Shown: piece after piece, positions 29,544 through 38,950 of the stretch
Numbering within the stretch: position 1 is the first letter of the stretch
Layout of the letters: the number at the start of each line of letters is the position of its first letter
Virus record (IMG/VR): IMGVR_UViG_3300034630_000009
Span: 1 to 64,000 of that record
Origin: a virus
Strand: one strand, 5' to 3'
DNA: 64,000 nt
Position numbers and translations under genes: made by a program
Notes under the pieces: model-generated
The model's input: the letters and a program-made list of their open reading frames with translations, nothing else
The model's database searches: none
What the model was told of the DNA's origin: nothing

Positions 29544-30254
29544 CTAAGATTCCTCACCCAAAAGCGAGCGCCCTTCTAATTGCAGTACTTCTGGCAGTAC
29601 ATTCAACCCCAGTACACGGCGCACAAACGCTTTAAGCTGATCCTCCAAGCTGATGGCTTGCAATTCAGGCTTCAGCAAATGCGTTTCGCCAGTGGATGTC
29701 GCGATCGTCACAATATCACCCTTAATCGCTTTAACAGTGACGGGTTGCCCAAAAAGTGCATGGTTAGGGTTGCAGACGATCGCGGGTTGATTTGCTGCCA
29801 AGTCGCTGCGAGAACGGCGATCGACAACAGCTTTCACCACTGCTGCTGTGGGCTTACCACCTGCTGCTGCTACTGCTTCTGCCCAAGCTTCCCGTTGTTC
29901 TTCAGGTGCAAGGTTGGCTTTAGCGATCGGGCGTAATTGTGCTTCTGACTCTGGCAAGATGCCGACAATTGTCGGCATCTCAAGCATCAGGTTGGCATAC
30001 ACCTCCCCTGCTTTCATCAACATGTACGCATAGTCTCTGGAAAGGTTTAAGTCCGTTTGACAAAATTCTTCAAACGAATCGTATTCTTCACGGTAGAGGC
30101 GTTCTCCCCGAATAATTTGAAGCGCCTGTACGCCGTCCCAAAAGCCCTGCATCCCTTTGCGAAAGCGCTCTTTGAGGATGCCGTATTCCACACGTTGGTT
30201 TTCTGAAAGCCTGGTCAAGCGGGAAGAGGGCATAGCAGTATAGTTGCAGTACAC
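29544..30254 (-). CDS. Hypothetical DNA-associated protein
   Basis: LYREEYDSFEEFC, ESEAQLRP, KPTAAVVK motifs; KOW-like tail. Confidence 0.7.
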   Translation of the reverse strand: MYCNYTAMPSSRLTRLSENQRVEYGILKERFRKGMQGFWDGVQALQIIRGERLYREEYDSFEEFCQTDLNLSRDYAYMLMKAGEVYANLMLEMPTIVGILPESEAQLRPIAKANLAPEEQREAWAEAVAAAGGKPTAAVVKAVVDRRSRSDLAANQPAIVCNPNHALFGQPVTVKAIKGDIVTIATSTGETHLLKPELQAISLEDQLKAFVRRVLGLNVLPEVLQLEGRSLLGEES

Positions 30255-30261
30255 GTCAACA

Positions 30262-30777
30262 CTACGGTTCCCTACCCGACTCTGCCAACTCGGTCAGGCT
30301 AACTACCCGTTTCTTGACTGCCAGCACAATAAACTCCCAGTCATCCTTGGGAGCGCCTGGGGCAGACTTCAGAATGGCGGCAATCTCCGCTAAAGATCGC
30401 TCAACCCCAAGTGCCGCTAACCTCTTTTGGTCGCGCTCCACACGTTGATAGAATTCAATTAAGCGCCGCGGTGTTTTGATGGCATCCCAGCGATCGCGCA
30501 AATGATGTCCGATCTCACCCGTGATATAAGGCACAGCGAAAGAGCTAAAAGCTGTACCGCGTTGCGGGTCAAACTTACGGATGGCTTTAAGCAAGCCCAA
30601 TGAAGCAATTTGCTCTAAATCTTCATAAGGTTCTAAACACTGATGGCTATACTGGTGCGCGTATTTTCGTGCCAGGTTGCGGTGCTGTGCAAAAAACCTA
30701 CTCTCTGCACGTTGTTGTAACCTGTAACGCGCCACAATGCTGGAGGACGATAACCGTGTAGGAGCAGTACAAACCAT
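30262..30777 (-). CDS. SigB/F/G-family sigma factor lacking region 4
   Basis: EDLEQIASLGLLKAIRKFDP.RG.AFSSFAVPYI.GEI.HHLRD; ends just after VVSL. Confidence 0.88.
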   Translation of the reverse strand: MVCTAPTRLSSSSIVARYRLQQRAESRFFAQHRNLARKYAHQYSHQCLEPYEDLEQIASLGLLKAIRKFDPQRGTAFSSFAVPYITGEIGHHLRDRWDAIKTPRRLIEFYQRVERDQKRLAALGVERSLAEIAAILKSAPGAPKDDWEFIVLAVKKRVVSLTELAESGREP

Positions 30778-30977
30778 AGTGTCAGACGCTTCAGGATGGT
30801 TCTATTAAGCCCTAAAGTGAGCGCGATCGCCACTTTTGGAAGGGAACGTTAACACCGTACTACTGCACCTGAAAGTCATGTCCACCAAACCATCGATCAG
30901 CGCTGGGGTGAACTGACAGGGAGTGTTGCAGCAGGGACGATCGCCCCGTTCACCTTTAATGCGTTTGAATCGAACTA

Positions 30978-32183
30978 ATGCTGACCCGCAAAGAGTTGCA
31001 CGAGCAGGTACGTCGGGATCAGCGCGATCGGCAAACTGCTCCTGATGACCAAAGCCACAAAAGCGCGATCGTGGGCATGGGTAAACGCGACCCGCAGACG
31101 GGACAGCATGAGGTGCTGTTGCCTGATGGCTCGGTTGAGGTGGGGGAGAAAGTCTTCAGCAGCAGCCTGCCAGAAGGGAGTCAGGTGCTAGGGATTCTTC
31201 AAGAGGCTGGTGGGTGGTTGCTGGACGAACGGGATGTCACGGCAAGAATTTCGTCTGCGGCAGAGGAACCGGTTGGGAAGATCAAATATCTCTATTCAAT
31301 CATCAACTCAACCACAAGGAAAACTGAGTATTGGGTAGGAGGCTGGCAAGCGCAGCCTAAATTTTTATTCGTGGTGCAAGATTTTATCCCGCTAACCCCC
31401 TTCCCTAGCTTCAATATTCGCTTATCCAACCGTGCTAAAAGCGCTTATACGGTTGATCTGGGCAAGGTGACCGGAAGCGGGTTGCTCATACCAGGCTTTC
31501 CACCAGGGTCAAACAAAGCGGGTTATTTCGTCACTCTGGATCAAAACGGTTCTGTCGTGTATCAAAGCCGCACGTTAGTAGGCGATCGAGAAAACTTTTT
31601 CTCCATTGGTCTCGTTTCCAATAGTTTTTACTACGCTCCTATCAACGATGCCAGCAGTATCCTGACTGGCAGTTGGACAACGTGCTTTCAAGGTATAGCC
31701 ACAAGCGGTTATGGTGCTGATATTACTAATGTCCGGCAATACCATTTACCTGCCTTTATTAGTCTCAATCCTGCCAGTATCTATCGCGGTGATGCGCCTG
31801 ATGGAACAAGTTTGGTGTATCAAACTTTTGCCATTAATAAAACTGGAAATTGCGGCGTTGGCAGACTCGCGGCAACGCCATACAGCAGCAGCCAACTTTA
31901 TTGGCTTGAAGTCGGTATGCTAGGCGCAGCGCAGAGCTTGACTTTCTTGCCATTACAAACCGGAGCTTTAAGAGCGCAATATCGCATTGACTGCTTTGAT
32001 CGAATTTTCAGTGTTTTTAGCCGCACAGATCTGGATTTGGCTAAACAAAAAACAGTGGCGATCGACTTTTACAAGGGGTTAACAGGTGAAAAAACGAACA
32101 CAAAGAAAACGAAAGTTTATCCAATACCACTGAAACAACGATCGCTCTCCCCGATTATCATTGACGCTTCTTATCATCCTTAA
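30978..32183 (+). CDS. Paralog of tail-module protein 3177-4298
   Basis: GKIKYLYS, GGWQ, DCFD, KVYPIP..QR, SYHP. Confidence 0.75.
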   Translation: MLTRKELHEQVRRDQRDRQTAPDDQSHKSAIVGMGKRDPQTGQHEVLLPDGSVEVGEKVFSSSLPEGSQVLGILQEAGGWLLDERDVTARISSAAEEPVGKIKYLYSIINSTTRKTEYWVGGWQAQPKFLFVVQDFIPLTPFPSFNIRLSNRAKSAYTVDLGKVTGSGLLIPGFPPGSNKAGYFVTLDQNGSVVYQSRTLVGDRENFFSIGLVSNSFYYAPINDASSILTGSWTTCFQGIATSGYGADITNVRQYHLPAFISLNPASIYRGDAPDGTSLVYQTFAINKTGNCGVGRLAATPYSSSQLYWLEVGMLGAAQSLTFLPLQTGALRAQYRIDCFDRIFSVFSRTDLDLAKQKTVAIDFYKGLTGEKTNTKKTKVYPIPLKQRSLSPIIIDASYHP

Positions 32184-32240
32184 TTGTAAGCATACCCCGG
32201 TCTGAAGACGCGGGGTTTCCAAACGTATCAGGTATTTCTG

Positions 32241-32501
32241 ATGACCCGCACCGAACTCACCGCTCAAACCCGTTTCCAACAATCCATGCGCGTTCTCACT
32301 CAAGGTAACAGCTCGTCGCCCTACGGGTTGAGAGCAGTAACGGGCTATCTGGGCAAACGAGATGCTCAGACGGGCGATCGGACTTTCACTGATGCAACAG
32401 GTGTAACCACCCCTGCCCGTGACTTGAGAACTGGCGCTCAACCCTCAGACCATGAGGCGGCAGGGATTCAAGTTGAAGGCGGCAAGAACTATGTGCGCTA
32501 G
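32241..32501 (+). CDS. Small protein resembling the N-terminus of 30978-32183
   Basis: MTRTEL/MLTRKEL and GKRDAQTG/GKRDPQTG. Confidence 0.65.
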   Translation: MTRTELTAQTRFQQSMRVLTQGNSSSPYGLRAVTGYLGKRDAQTGDRTFTDATGVTTPARDLRTGAQPSDHEAAGIQVEGGKNYVR

Positions 32502-32649
32502 AGAGAAGACAGCTATACTGGACTGATACAGAAGTTCTATATTGAGTTCTATGTCTGGGGCGATCGAAGTCACTCTTCCCCTTGTGCGAATGCCACGAGG
32601 GGTTTTTTATGGCTTAATGGAAGCGTCCTGTACCAATGGAGCTAGTACA

Positions 32650-32973
32650 ATGTTTGCAAGACTTAAAGAATTGATTGATGGGATCGTGAGTCGCTTGAAA
32701 GCCGCGATCGCATCCTTAGCAGAGTACCAGGAAGAAAACGTAGCGCTAAAGGCAGAGAACGCTGATCTCAAACAAAGGCTAGCCGATACAGCAGCGCTAC
32801 CTGCTGAGACTGAAGAACGCATTCAAGCCCTGTTGCAAGAGGCGGCAACAGCCAGGGCAGAAGCCGAGACCGCCAAGGCTGATTTAGCAGTGGTGAAGCA
32901 GCAGGATGTGGAAGAAGAGGGGCAAATTCAGGAGTTGATCACCAACCTGGAAGCAGCAACCCCGTCCGCATGA
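32650..32973 (+). CDS. Coiled-coil hypothetical protein
   Basis: GGAG upstream of ATG 32650; heptad pattern. Confidence 0.65.
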   Translation: MFARLKELIDGIVSRLKAAIASLAEYQEENVALKAENADLKQRLADTAALPAETEERIQALLQEAATARAEAETAKADLAVVKQQDVEEEGQIQELITNLEAATPSA

Positions 32974-32999
32974 CGTTACATTAAGCCATGCTCATGTTG

Positions 33000-33030
33000 G
33001 GACGCTCAGGGGGCTGAACGTCCTTTTTTG
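33000..33030 (+). terminator. Rho-independent terminator
   Basis: GGACGCTCAG/CTGAACGTCC stem followed by T7. Confidence 0.75.
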
Positions 33031-33255
33031 TTGAGAACCACAAACCGTATAACTAAATACAATTGTCACAAAAGCATTGCCTACACATGCCAAGCGAGAC
33101 AGACTTTCCTGTCTTGGCACGGAGATTAAGCCACTTACATCTAAGCCACCAATCAGTGCTTTTGTGACAATTGTTTAGAGCTTGATACAAAACAGAAAGG
33201 CAAGATCAAACGTACTGGGCTAGGATATTCTCAGCAAAACAAAAGGCTCCCGCGC

Positions 33256-34143
33256 TTGGCAGTTTGGGAGCCTTTTGAAAACCAATTAGCAATGATGTCA
33301 TTATCTAATATTTTCACGCTACCTGCAACCGAAGTGCAGATCGATCCGCCGCTTCTCGAAACCTTTAGAGAAGAAGTTGCTGCGATCGCGCTCCAATGGA
33401 CAGATAAACGCTTGATTGCCACAATGGGCTACCTGAACAACCTGCTCTACTGCGCCGCCAAAGCTCAAGGCGTTGTAAGTCGCGGGTTTAGCAAGCTTTT
33501 AGAGATTGCCCAGTCCGCGCTTTTCAGGTTGCGAGAACAAGTCACCGTGACGGTGCCCATTACTTATAGCGAACAGTTCCTGTCGCAACACTGGAGCGGG
33601 GGCACCTTCAGCCGCAGCAGTTTGCGCTCAATTAGAGAGCAACTGTCTACAGTCTTTGGGTTGTTCGAGTACGAGAAGTTAGCGTTTTGTGCGCGTCAGG
33701 CAGGCGACCGAAAACAGCGTTCTACTTACGAGGCCTTTGATGTCGCCAAAGCGTTGCTGGTCTATGAGCAGTTGGAGCGGATCTACTGCGATCGCGGGCT
33801 TGAACTGAGCACTTTAGGGCGGCATCAGGGTTGTTTCTGCAAACTACTGTACGAGGCAATTTTCATACGCTCGGCTGGGTTTCGTCGCGGTGATCAGTCC
33901 GCTGGCAGCATCCCACCCACCGCAGAAGAGGCGGCGATTATACGGGCGGAGCGGACCTTAAAGACCAGCATTGATATGCAATCAAGCTACAACGCACACT
34001 GCGAGGCTCTCAAAGAGTATCGGCGTATCGGGATTGATCGCCGCCATCCAGAATTGTTTGAGGCGACTTATCTAAAATGGCAAGAGCTAAAGCATTGGTT
34101 AGCCAATCGACCGGGCTGGGATTTTGCTGAATTGCCGTACTGA
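33256..34143 (+). CDS. Hypothetical protein, possible winged-helix DNA-binding
   Basis: YSEQFLSQ..SRSSLRSIREQL..GLFEY HTH-like segment. Confidence 0.6.
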   Translation: MAVWEPFENQLAMMSLSNIFTLPATEVQIDPPLLETFREEVAAIALQWTDKRLIATMGYLNNLLYCAAKAQGVVSRGFSKLLEIAQSALFRLREQVTVTVPITYSEQFLSQHWSGGTFSRSSLRSIREQLSTVFGLFEYEKLAFCARQAGDRKQRSTYEAFDVAKALLVYEQLERIYCDRGLELSTLGRHQGCFCKLLYEAIFIRSAGFRRGDQSAGSIPPTAEEAAIIRAERTLKTSIDMQSSYNAHCEALKEYRRIGIDRRHPELFEATYLKWQELKHWLANRPGWDFAELPY

Positions 34144-34200
34144 ACGTGCGCTCAGACGATGGGTAGGGCAGAATATGGGTGTACTACTACTCCCTGAAAG

Positions 34201-34425
34201 ATGCGTCAGTCGACTCTCGATGTGATTACTACCGTTTCTGGTGTTGGTGCCTCCGCTTCTGGTGCCTTGGCTGGGTTTGGTGTGGCACCGCACGTTACCA
34301 TCCCGATCGCGGGTGCCCTGGGCAGCGTCTTTTCCTGGTTCACTCAGAAGCCAGCAACTCCTTACCAACCAATACAAGGCAATTACGCACCCTATCAACC
34401 ACGTCAAGGGGGTAGCGATGGCTGA
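34201..34425 (+). CDS. Small membrane protein (holin-like)
   Basis: Two Gly/Ala-rich hydrophobic segments. Confidence 0.45.
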   Translation: MRQSTLDVITTVSGVGASASGALAGFGVAPHVTIPIAGALGSVFSWFTQKPATPYQPIQGNYAPYQPRQGGSDG

Positions 34426-34651
34426 TTTATTACCCACAGACACCGATCGCCTCACGCGCCTTGAACAGCAAGTAGCAGCAATCCTAGCAATGCAACAGAC
34501 CCAGAACGGGCGACTGGATGTCTTGGAAGTCCAGACGGGCATTACGGGACAGGCTGAGGTTGAACAAATTTTCAACGCGATCGCGGGGGCTGCCGAAGTT
34601 GCCAAAGGGAACCTACCGGATGGGTTAATTGATGAGGCACCGGGCAAGTGA
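34418..34651 (+). CDS. Coiled-coil hypothetical protein
   Basis: Coupled to both neighbours. Confidence 0.55.
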   Translation: MADLLPTDTDRLTRLEQQVAAILAMQQTQNGRLDVLEVQTGITGQAEVEQIFNAIAGAAEVAKGNLPDGLIDEAPGK

Positions 34652-34884
34652 AGCTGAACTTGAGCGATTGGCTGAAAACTGAGACGGTGTTCCACGCGGT
34701 AGCGATCGCGGTGATTCTTCACGCTTTGGTTTATAAGCAGGGTGTTGGCAGTAACGATTTAGCGGCGGCAGCAGCGATCGCGGCTTTGGGCAGGGTGACA
34801 CCAACCGAGAAAGTAGATGAAAGGTTGGATATACCCCTGGATGGCAGCAAGAAAGAGCCGGATAGCGAGGATAGCGATGCTTAA
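34648..34884 (+). CDS. Small membrane protein (holin-like)
   Basis: Hydrophobic helices and a charged C-terminal tail. Confidence 0.45.
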   Translation: MKLNLSDWLKTETVFHAVAIAVILHALVYKQGVGSNDLAAAAAIAALGRVTPTEKVDERLDIPLDGSKKEPDSEDSDA

Positions 34885-35065
34885 CCTTCCCCATGCTGAA
34901 AACCGAGCCCCATTTGATTATTGCGAAATTGCCTTGGTGGATCTGATGGTTCAGATGTTTAAAGGCGTGCCAGTGTCAGAACTCAAGTCCATTTCTTTGC
35001 AGCGAGCCAGAAGAGTCTATATGGAAACGAAGCCAACACCTGCGATCGAGTCTAAGCAATCCTGA
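34877..35065 (+). CDS. Hypothetical protein
   Basis: Coupled ORF with GAGG upstream. Confidence 0.45.
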   Translation: MLNLPHAENRAPFDYCEIALVDLMVQMFKGVPVSELKSISLQRARRVYMETKPTPAIESKQS

Positions 35066-35217
35066 AATTGCCATCCGACTTGGTTTATTAGACGAGCGAG
35101 AAAACCCCCTCCTCTTGAGGCGGGGATGAAAGCGAGTCCGATGTTAGAAATCGGACGGAGACGGCTTTGCGGTGGATGCAGGCACAAGGTACGGAGAGGT
35201 AGAAGGATGGGCGATCG

Positions 35218-35817
35218 ATGCTGTGGAAACGAAAACAGAAACCACCGTCAATCCCTAAGTTTGGCGCGATCGCTAAGCCTGTTCTGCCTGTGGTGTATGA
35301 AGCCTACGGCTGCATTGAAACTCTTACTCCTCAACTGGTGCATTGGTTTACCATTGGCAGGCTTTCAAGCGCGACTGGCTATTCGAGACAGGTATCGCCT
35401 GGGAAACTACTATCACAAAAAATATTGTCAACGGATGGCGATCGTGAAGAAGATCGGTTGCTCTGGCGATCGCTCCTCCAAGGATACCCCACCCACTATT
35501 TAAGAATTTCCTATCAATTAAGTAGTCAACCTCCAGCGCCCGCCAAAGAAATTTTGCATGTGTGGCTTAACCTCAGTATCAGGGGCTATGACAAAGACTC
35601 GATCGCGCGATCGGTGGGTGAGTTTTTGACGTTTGTGGCACTCGATCAAAAACTGCCTGGGTTGCTCATCAGCACCAAGATTTACACAGCAGAGAGTTGG
35701 TTGATCTTTGTCTTTAGCCGGGTCCGTAGTTTCTACGTTGATGCTGGTATTGTCCAAGAGCGAGTGCCGCTTGACAATGTGCGCGGGTATGGCTTGCGTG
35801 GGAGGGAAGAACCTTGA
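35218..35817 (+). CDS. Hypothetical protein
   Basis: 199-aa ORF overlapping the pilin start. Confidence 0.55.
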   Translation: MLWKRKQKPPSIPKFGAIAKPVLPVVYEAYGCIETLTPQLVHWFTIGRLSSATGYSRQVSPGKLLSQKILSTDGDREEDRLLWRSLLQGYPTHYLRISYQLSSQPPAPAKEILHVWLNLSIRGYDKDSIARSVGEFLTFVALDQKLPGLLISTKIYTAESWLIFVFSRVRSFYVDAGIVQERVPLDNVRGYGLRGREEP

Positions 35818-36254
35818 GCGATCGCCGTCAGGGTTTCACGCTGCCAGAGCTGCTGCTTGTTCTCTTTCTCATTGGACTGTTAGCGGCGATCGCTATCCCT
35901 ACCTACCTCGCCCAAGCTCAAAAAGCGCGTGACGTGCAAATTCAGACAGATTTGCGATCGGTGGCGATCGACCTGCAAGCCTATGCCGCTCACTATGGCT
36001 ACCCGCCCGATGCACCACCAGGTGCTGAGCCTGCACCTGAAATCAGTTTTCCTGTAGAGCCTGGTCGTGAAGTAGATTACGATCGCGCCTCTGCCAAAGA
36101 TCCCATCCCCTGCTACAACGGGCAGCGCTGGGTGAAAATTGTGAGCTATCCCAATAGTGGACGGACAGATGATTATCGCAAGCCAGGGGCGATCGGTGAG
36201 TGGACGCACACTGGCAAGGATTGGGCACTTACTTTGTGGGTGGGAAAATGTTAA
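35814..36254 (+). CDS. Prepilin / pseudopilin-like protein
   Basis: RRQG|FTLPELLLVLFLIGLLAAIAIP...YGYP. Confidence 0.88.
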   Translation: MSDRRQGFTLPELLLVLFLIGLLAAIAIPTYLAQAQKARDVQIQTDLRSVAIDLQAYAAHYGYPPDAPPGAEPAPEISFPVEPGREVDYDRASAKDPIPCYNGQRWVKIVSYPNSGRTDDYRKPGAIGEWTHTGKDWALTLWVGKC

Positions 36255-36345
36255 TCGCGCCAAAATAGTAATACAGGGTGACTACGGTGCTTGTCCCATT
36301 CTCAACGCCTACTGGCAAACGCCAAATACTTCGACGGAGACCGTA

Positions 36346-36600
36346 ATGCTTTCTAAGCCTGAGTCAATCGCCCACCAAATTCTGCTGCAATACCCGATCG
36401 ACACAGACCGCGACCGGCTCAATGCTCTGATTGTGATGGCTGTAAAGAAGCGCGATCGGGAAGTCAATAGCTTACTGCAACAACTTTTAGGCGAGTTGCA
36501 AAGTGAGTCCGGGAAAGCTAAGCGACAACTGGAAGGAGCGATCGCGCTGCTGACCAGGACTAGAGCCGCGATCGAAGAAACGCTGCATCCGAGAGTGTAG
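36346..36600 (+). CDS. Hypothetical protein
   Basis: GGAG upstream of ATG 36346. Confidence 0.5.
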   Translation: MLSKPESIAHQILLQYPIDTDRDRLNALIVMAVKKRDREVNSLLQQLLGELQSESGKAKRQLEGAIALLTRTRAAIEETLHPRV

Positions 36601-36606
36601 GTCCGT

Positions 36607-37000
36607 TCAAAGCCACAAAACAAGGATGAAAATCAAAGCACCCAGCCCGCCACCAAACACATGGTTGCTGGACAGCGATGCACCCAACGCCACAAAGATA
36701 GCAGCGACAAGCAGCATTTTCAGGGAGCAGGGCAAACGTCCCCAATTGTGAGCAAGGCGCTGGGGCAGGTTGGGATAATGTTTTTGCTGGCGAGGGCGCT
36801 TCCAGCCTGAAAGCAACCCATGAATCAGCCAGTCGTGCGCGGCAGGCGATAAGACCAGAACATCCCACCAATAGGTCTCGTGCCCCAGGTTGCGGTAATC
36901 GAGATGGTGCATGGCGTAATGATGTTTGCGCCCTACTTTTGGGGTGTTTGTCGCGCCATGCTGGAGAAGTGATGTAAGTGCGGTAGTTGGTTTTACTCAA
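36607..37000 (-). pseudogene. Frameshifted HNH-like protein with C-terminal TM helices
   Basis: NYRTYITSPAW in one frame and HHLDYRNLGHE..DVLVL...H in another; frame changes near 36940. Confidence 0.55.
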
Positions 37001-37009
37001 CTGTCTCTC

Positions 37010-38947
37010 CTACCTAAGGTCTAAACCATTCTTCTGTACTAAGGCAATAACTTCATTGCTTGGAGTGGCAAAACTGACATTTGAAAAACCGCCGTTCTCG
37101 TTAAGCCATGCAGATTTATTCACACCGATCATTTCACCTTGCTGATTAAATAATGGACCACCGGAGTTGCCATACCGCAAAGCGATCTTCGCTTTGATGT
37201 CAGCACCCCTCAAACCAAGAATGTACCCTTGGTTTATTTTTGCCTTGTTGGCGGGATTGCCAATTGAGCAAACTTTCTCGTTAGGCTGAACAGCCTTAGC
37301 CGCCAAACTTACAACAGCTAGCGACTGAGCGGTAACTACTTTTACAATTGCAAGATCTCGCAATTGATTAAAAGCAACTACAGTGCCCTGGAAATTCTGC
37401 CCTGAAGCCAAACGGATATAGATTTTATTTTTCCTGTCCGCGATTGCTTCTTTCACTACGTGGTGATTAGTGACGATTAAGCCATCACTGGAAATCACGC
37501 TACCTGAACCAATCTCATAACCTGCATAAATTTGAGCAAATGCGGGGTTGTTCGTTATACATACTGACTGATAGCCGCTTTCATGCGAGACTGACGCGAC
37601 TTTCTGCTTTTCCACTTTAGAACACACTTGGATTGTATAGTCCAGGATCGATGGATACTTGCCTTGCGGGGTGCTGCTGTTTTTGTTGCTAGCGCTGCCT
37701 GAGTACCAAAAAGAAGCCGTCGATCGACAAGCTTCAAAGCTACTCTCTCCGGCTTTACGCGCTCGTTTAAACTCCTGTGTGAGTTTGCAGGTAGCAATCT
37801 TTTCCTGATGATCCGGGCTGCCAAGAAACTGCTGAGCCGTAAGCTGTTGCCCTAAACACTCCTGTGACCAGGAAGGCACATTGGCAGGCATAATCTGATA
37901 TTTACCCAAGGCACCCGAATCAGCATTAGTAGTCGCATAATCACCGCCCGATTCTTGATTGGCGATCGCCTTGATGACTGGATTGCTACTACCTGCCGAT
38001 CGTGCCGTCGCACCGACAACCGCCATCTCCAAATAGCCGCGCTGGGGTGGAATATATTTGCCGCCCACTTTTTGACCCCAGTGCAAATGCGGTCCGGTTG
38101 AATTGCCCGTGTTGCCAGAAAGTGCGAAGACTGAGCCTGTTTTATGGCTACCAGGATCGCACTGGGATAAATGTGCAGCGAGAAAGCTATAAAGCTGCCC
38201 AGAGGGTTTGATCACGGCATAGGTGCCTGCTGCGTTACCCTCAGATTCAGAGTGGCATTCTACCGTGCCTGACATCGGCATTTTGATGGCAGTACCCACA
38301 GGCAAAGCAACATCGGCACCTTGATGATTAGTAGAACCGATGCCGCCTGGACTGGAACGCAAGCCGAAGCCGCTGGTTACAGCGTAGCTGCCAATTTTTT
38401 GCCCTTGTTGCACGACTGAAGTGTCGATTATTTCATCGCCTTCCTGCAAGGGCAACTCATCTAGCTTGCTGTCGTGCATCGGCACCAATCCAGAGACAGG
38501 AAGGATGGCGTGCAGAATGATTTTCGCCCAATCTGTAGGGGACGCGCCTTTAACCAATTGAGCCGCCATCAAAATGGCAAGGCACACCCAAGGGGCAATG
38601 AGGTGAAACCCTAGCGTGTTGATGTAGAGCGATTCTTGTACGTCGCCTGAAACATCGTTGAGTTTGCGTTTGATTCCTTTCTCTACGCGGTTAAGCTTTA
38701 ACTCAAAGAAATAATCCCAAGCGTCTTTCGGATCTGGCTTGTCTTTGGGCTGACTGCTCGACCGCTTAAGACTTGTTTCGATGCCATCCAAACGATCGTT
38801 GATTTTGGATAACGCTGCTGCTAGGTCATTGCTAACAGCCCCACCTGACTGGTACTCAGCAACATCGCTATCACTAGCAAATTTGCCTTTATGTCTGCCG
38901 CTGGTATGCCTATAGCGATTAACGTCTGGATCAAACTCAATAGCCAT
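37010..38947 (-). CDS. Membrane-anchored M23 peptidase + lysozyme-like + trypsin-like protease fusion
   Basis: HQGAD / GNTGNSTGPHLH (M23); QESGG..ALGKYQIMP; TNHHVV, DLAIVKV, GNSGGPL. Confidence 0.9.
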   Translation of the reverse strand: MAIEFDPDVNRYRHTSGRHKGKFASDSDVAEYQSGGAVSNDLAAALSKINDRLDGIETSLKRSSSQPKDKPDPKDAWDYFFELKLNRVEKGIKRKLNDVSGDVQESLYINTLGFHLIAPWVCLAILMAAQLVKGASPTDWAKIILHAILPVSGLVPMHDSKLDELPLQEGDEIIDTSVVQQGQKIGSYAVTSGFGLRSSPGGIGSTNHQGADVALPVGTAIKMPMSGTVECHSESEGNAAGTYAVIKPSGQLYSFLAAHLSQCDPGSHKTGSVFALSGNTGNSTGPHLHWGQKVGGKYIPPQRGYLEMAVVGATARSAGSSNPVIKAIANQESGGDYATTNADSGALGKYQIMPANVPSWSQECLGQQLTAQQFLGSPDHQEKIATCKLTQEFKRARKAGESSFEACRSTASFWYSGSASNKNSSTPQGKYPSILDYTIQVCSKVEKQKVASVSHESGYQSVCITNNPAFAQIYAGYEIGSGSVISSDGLIVTNHHVVKEAIADRKNKIYIRLASGQNFQGTVVAFNQLRDLAIVKVVTAQSLAVVSLAAKAVQPNEKVCSIGNPANKAKINQGYILGLRGADIKAKIALRYGNSGGPLFNQQGEMIGVNKSAWLNENGGFSNVSFATPSNEVIALVQKNGLDLR

Positions 38948-38950
38948 TGA

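Noticed and set aside
30978-32183. Diversity-generating retroelement template for 3177-4298
   Set aside because: Similarity is at protein level only; no adenine-specific near-identical repeat and no RT
33048-33180. Retron msr-msd
   Set aside because: No reverse transcriptase (YADD-type motif) seen in the window
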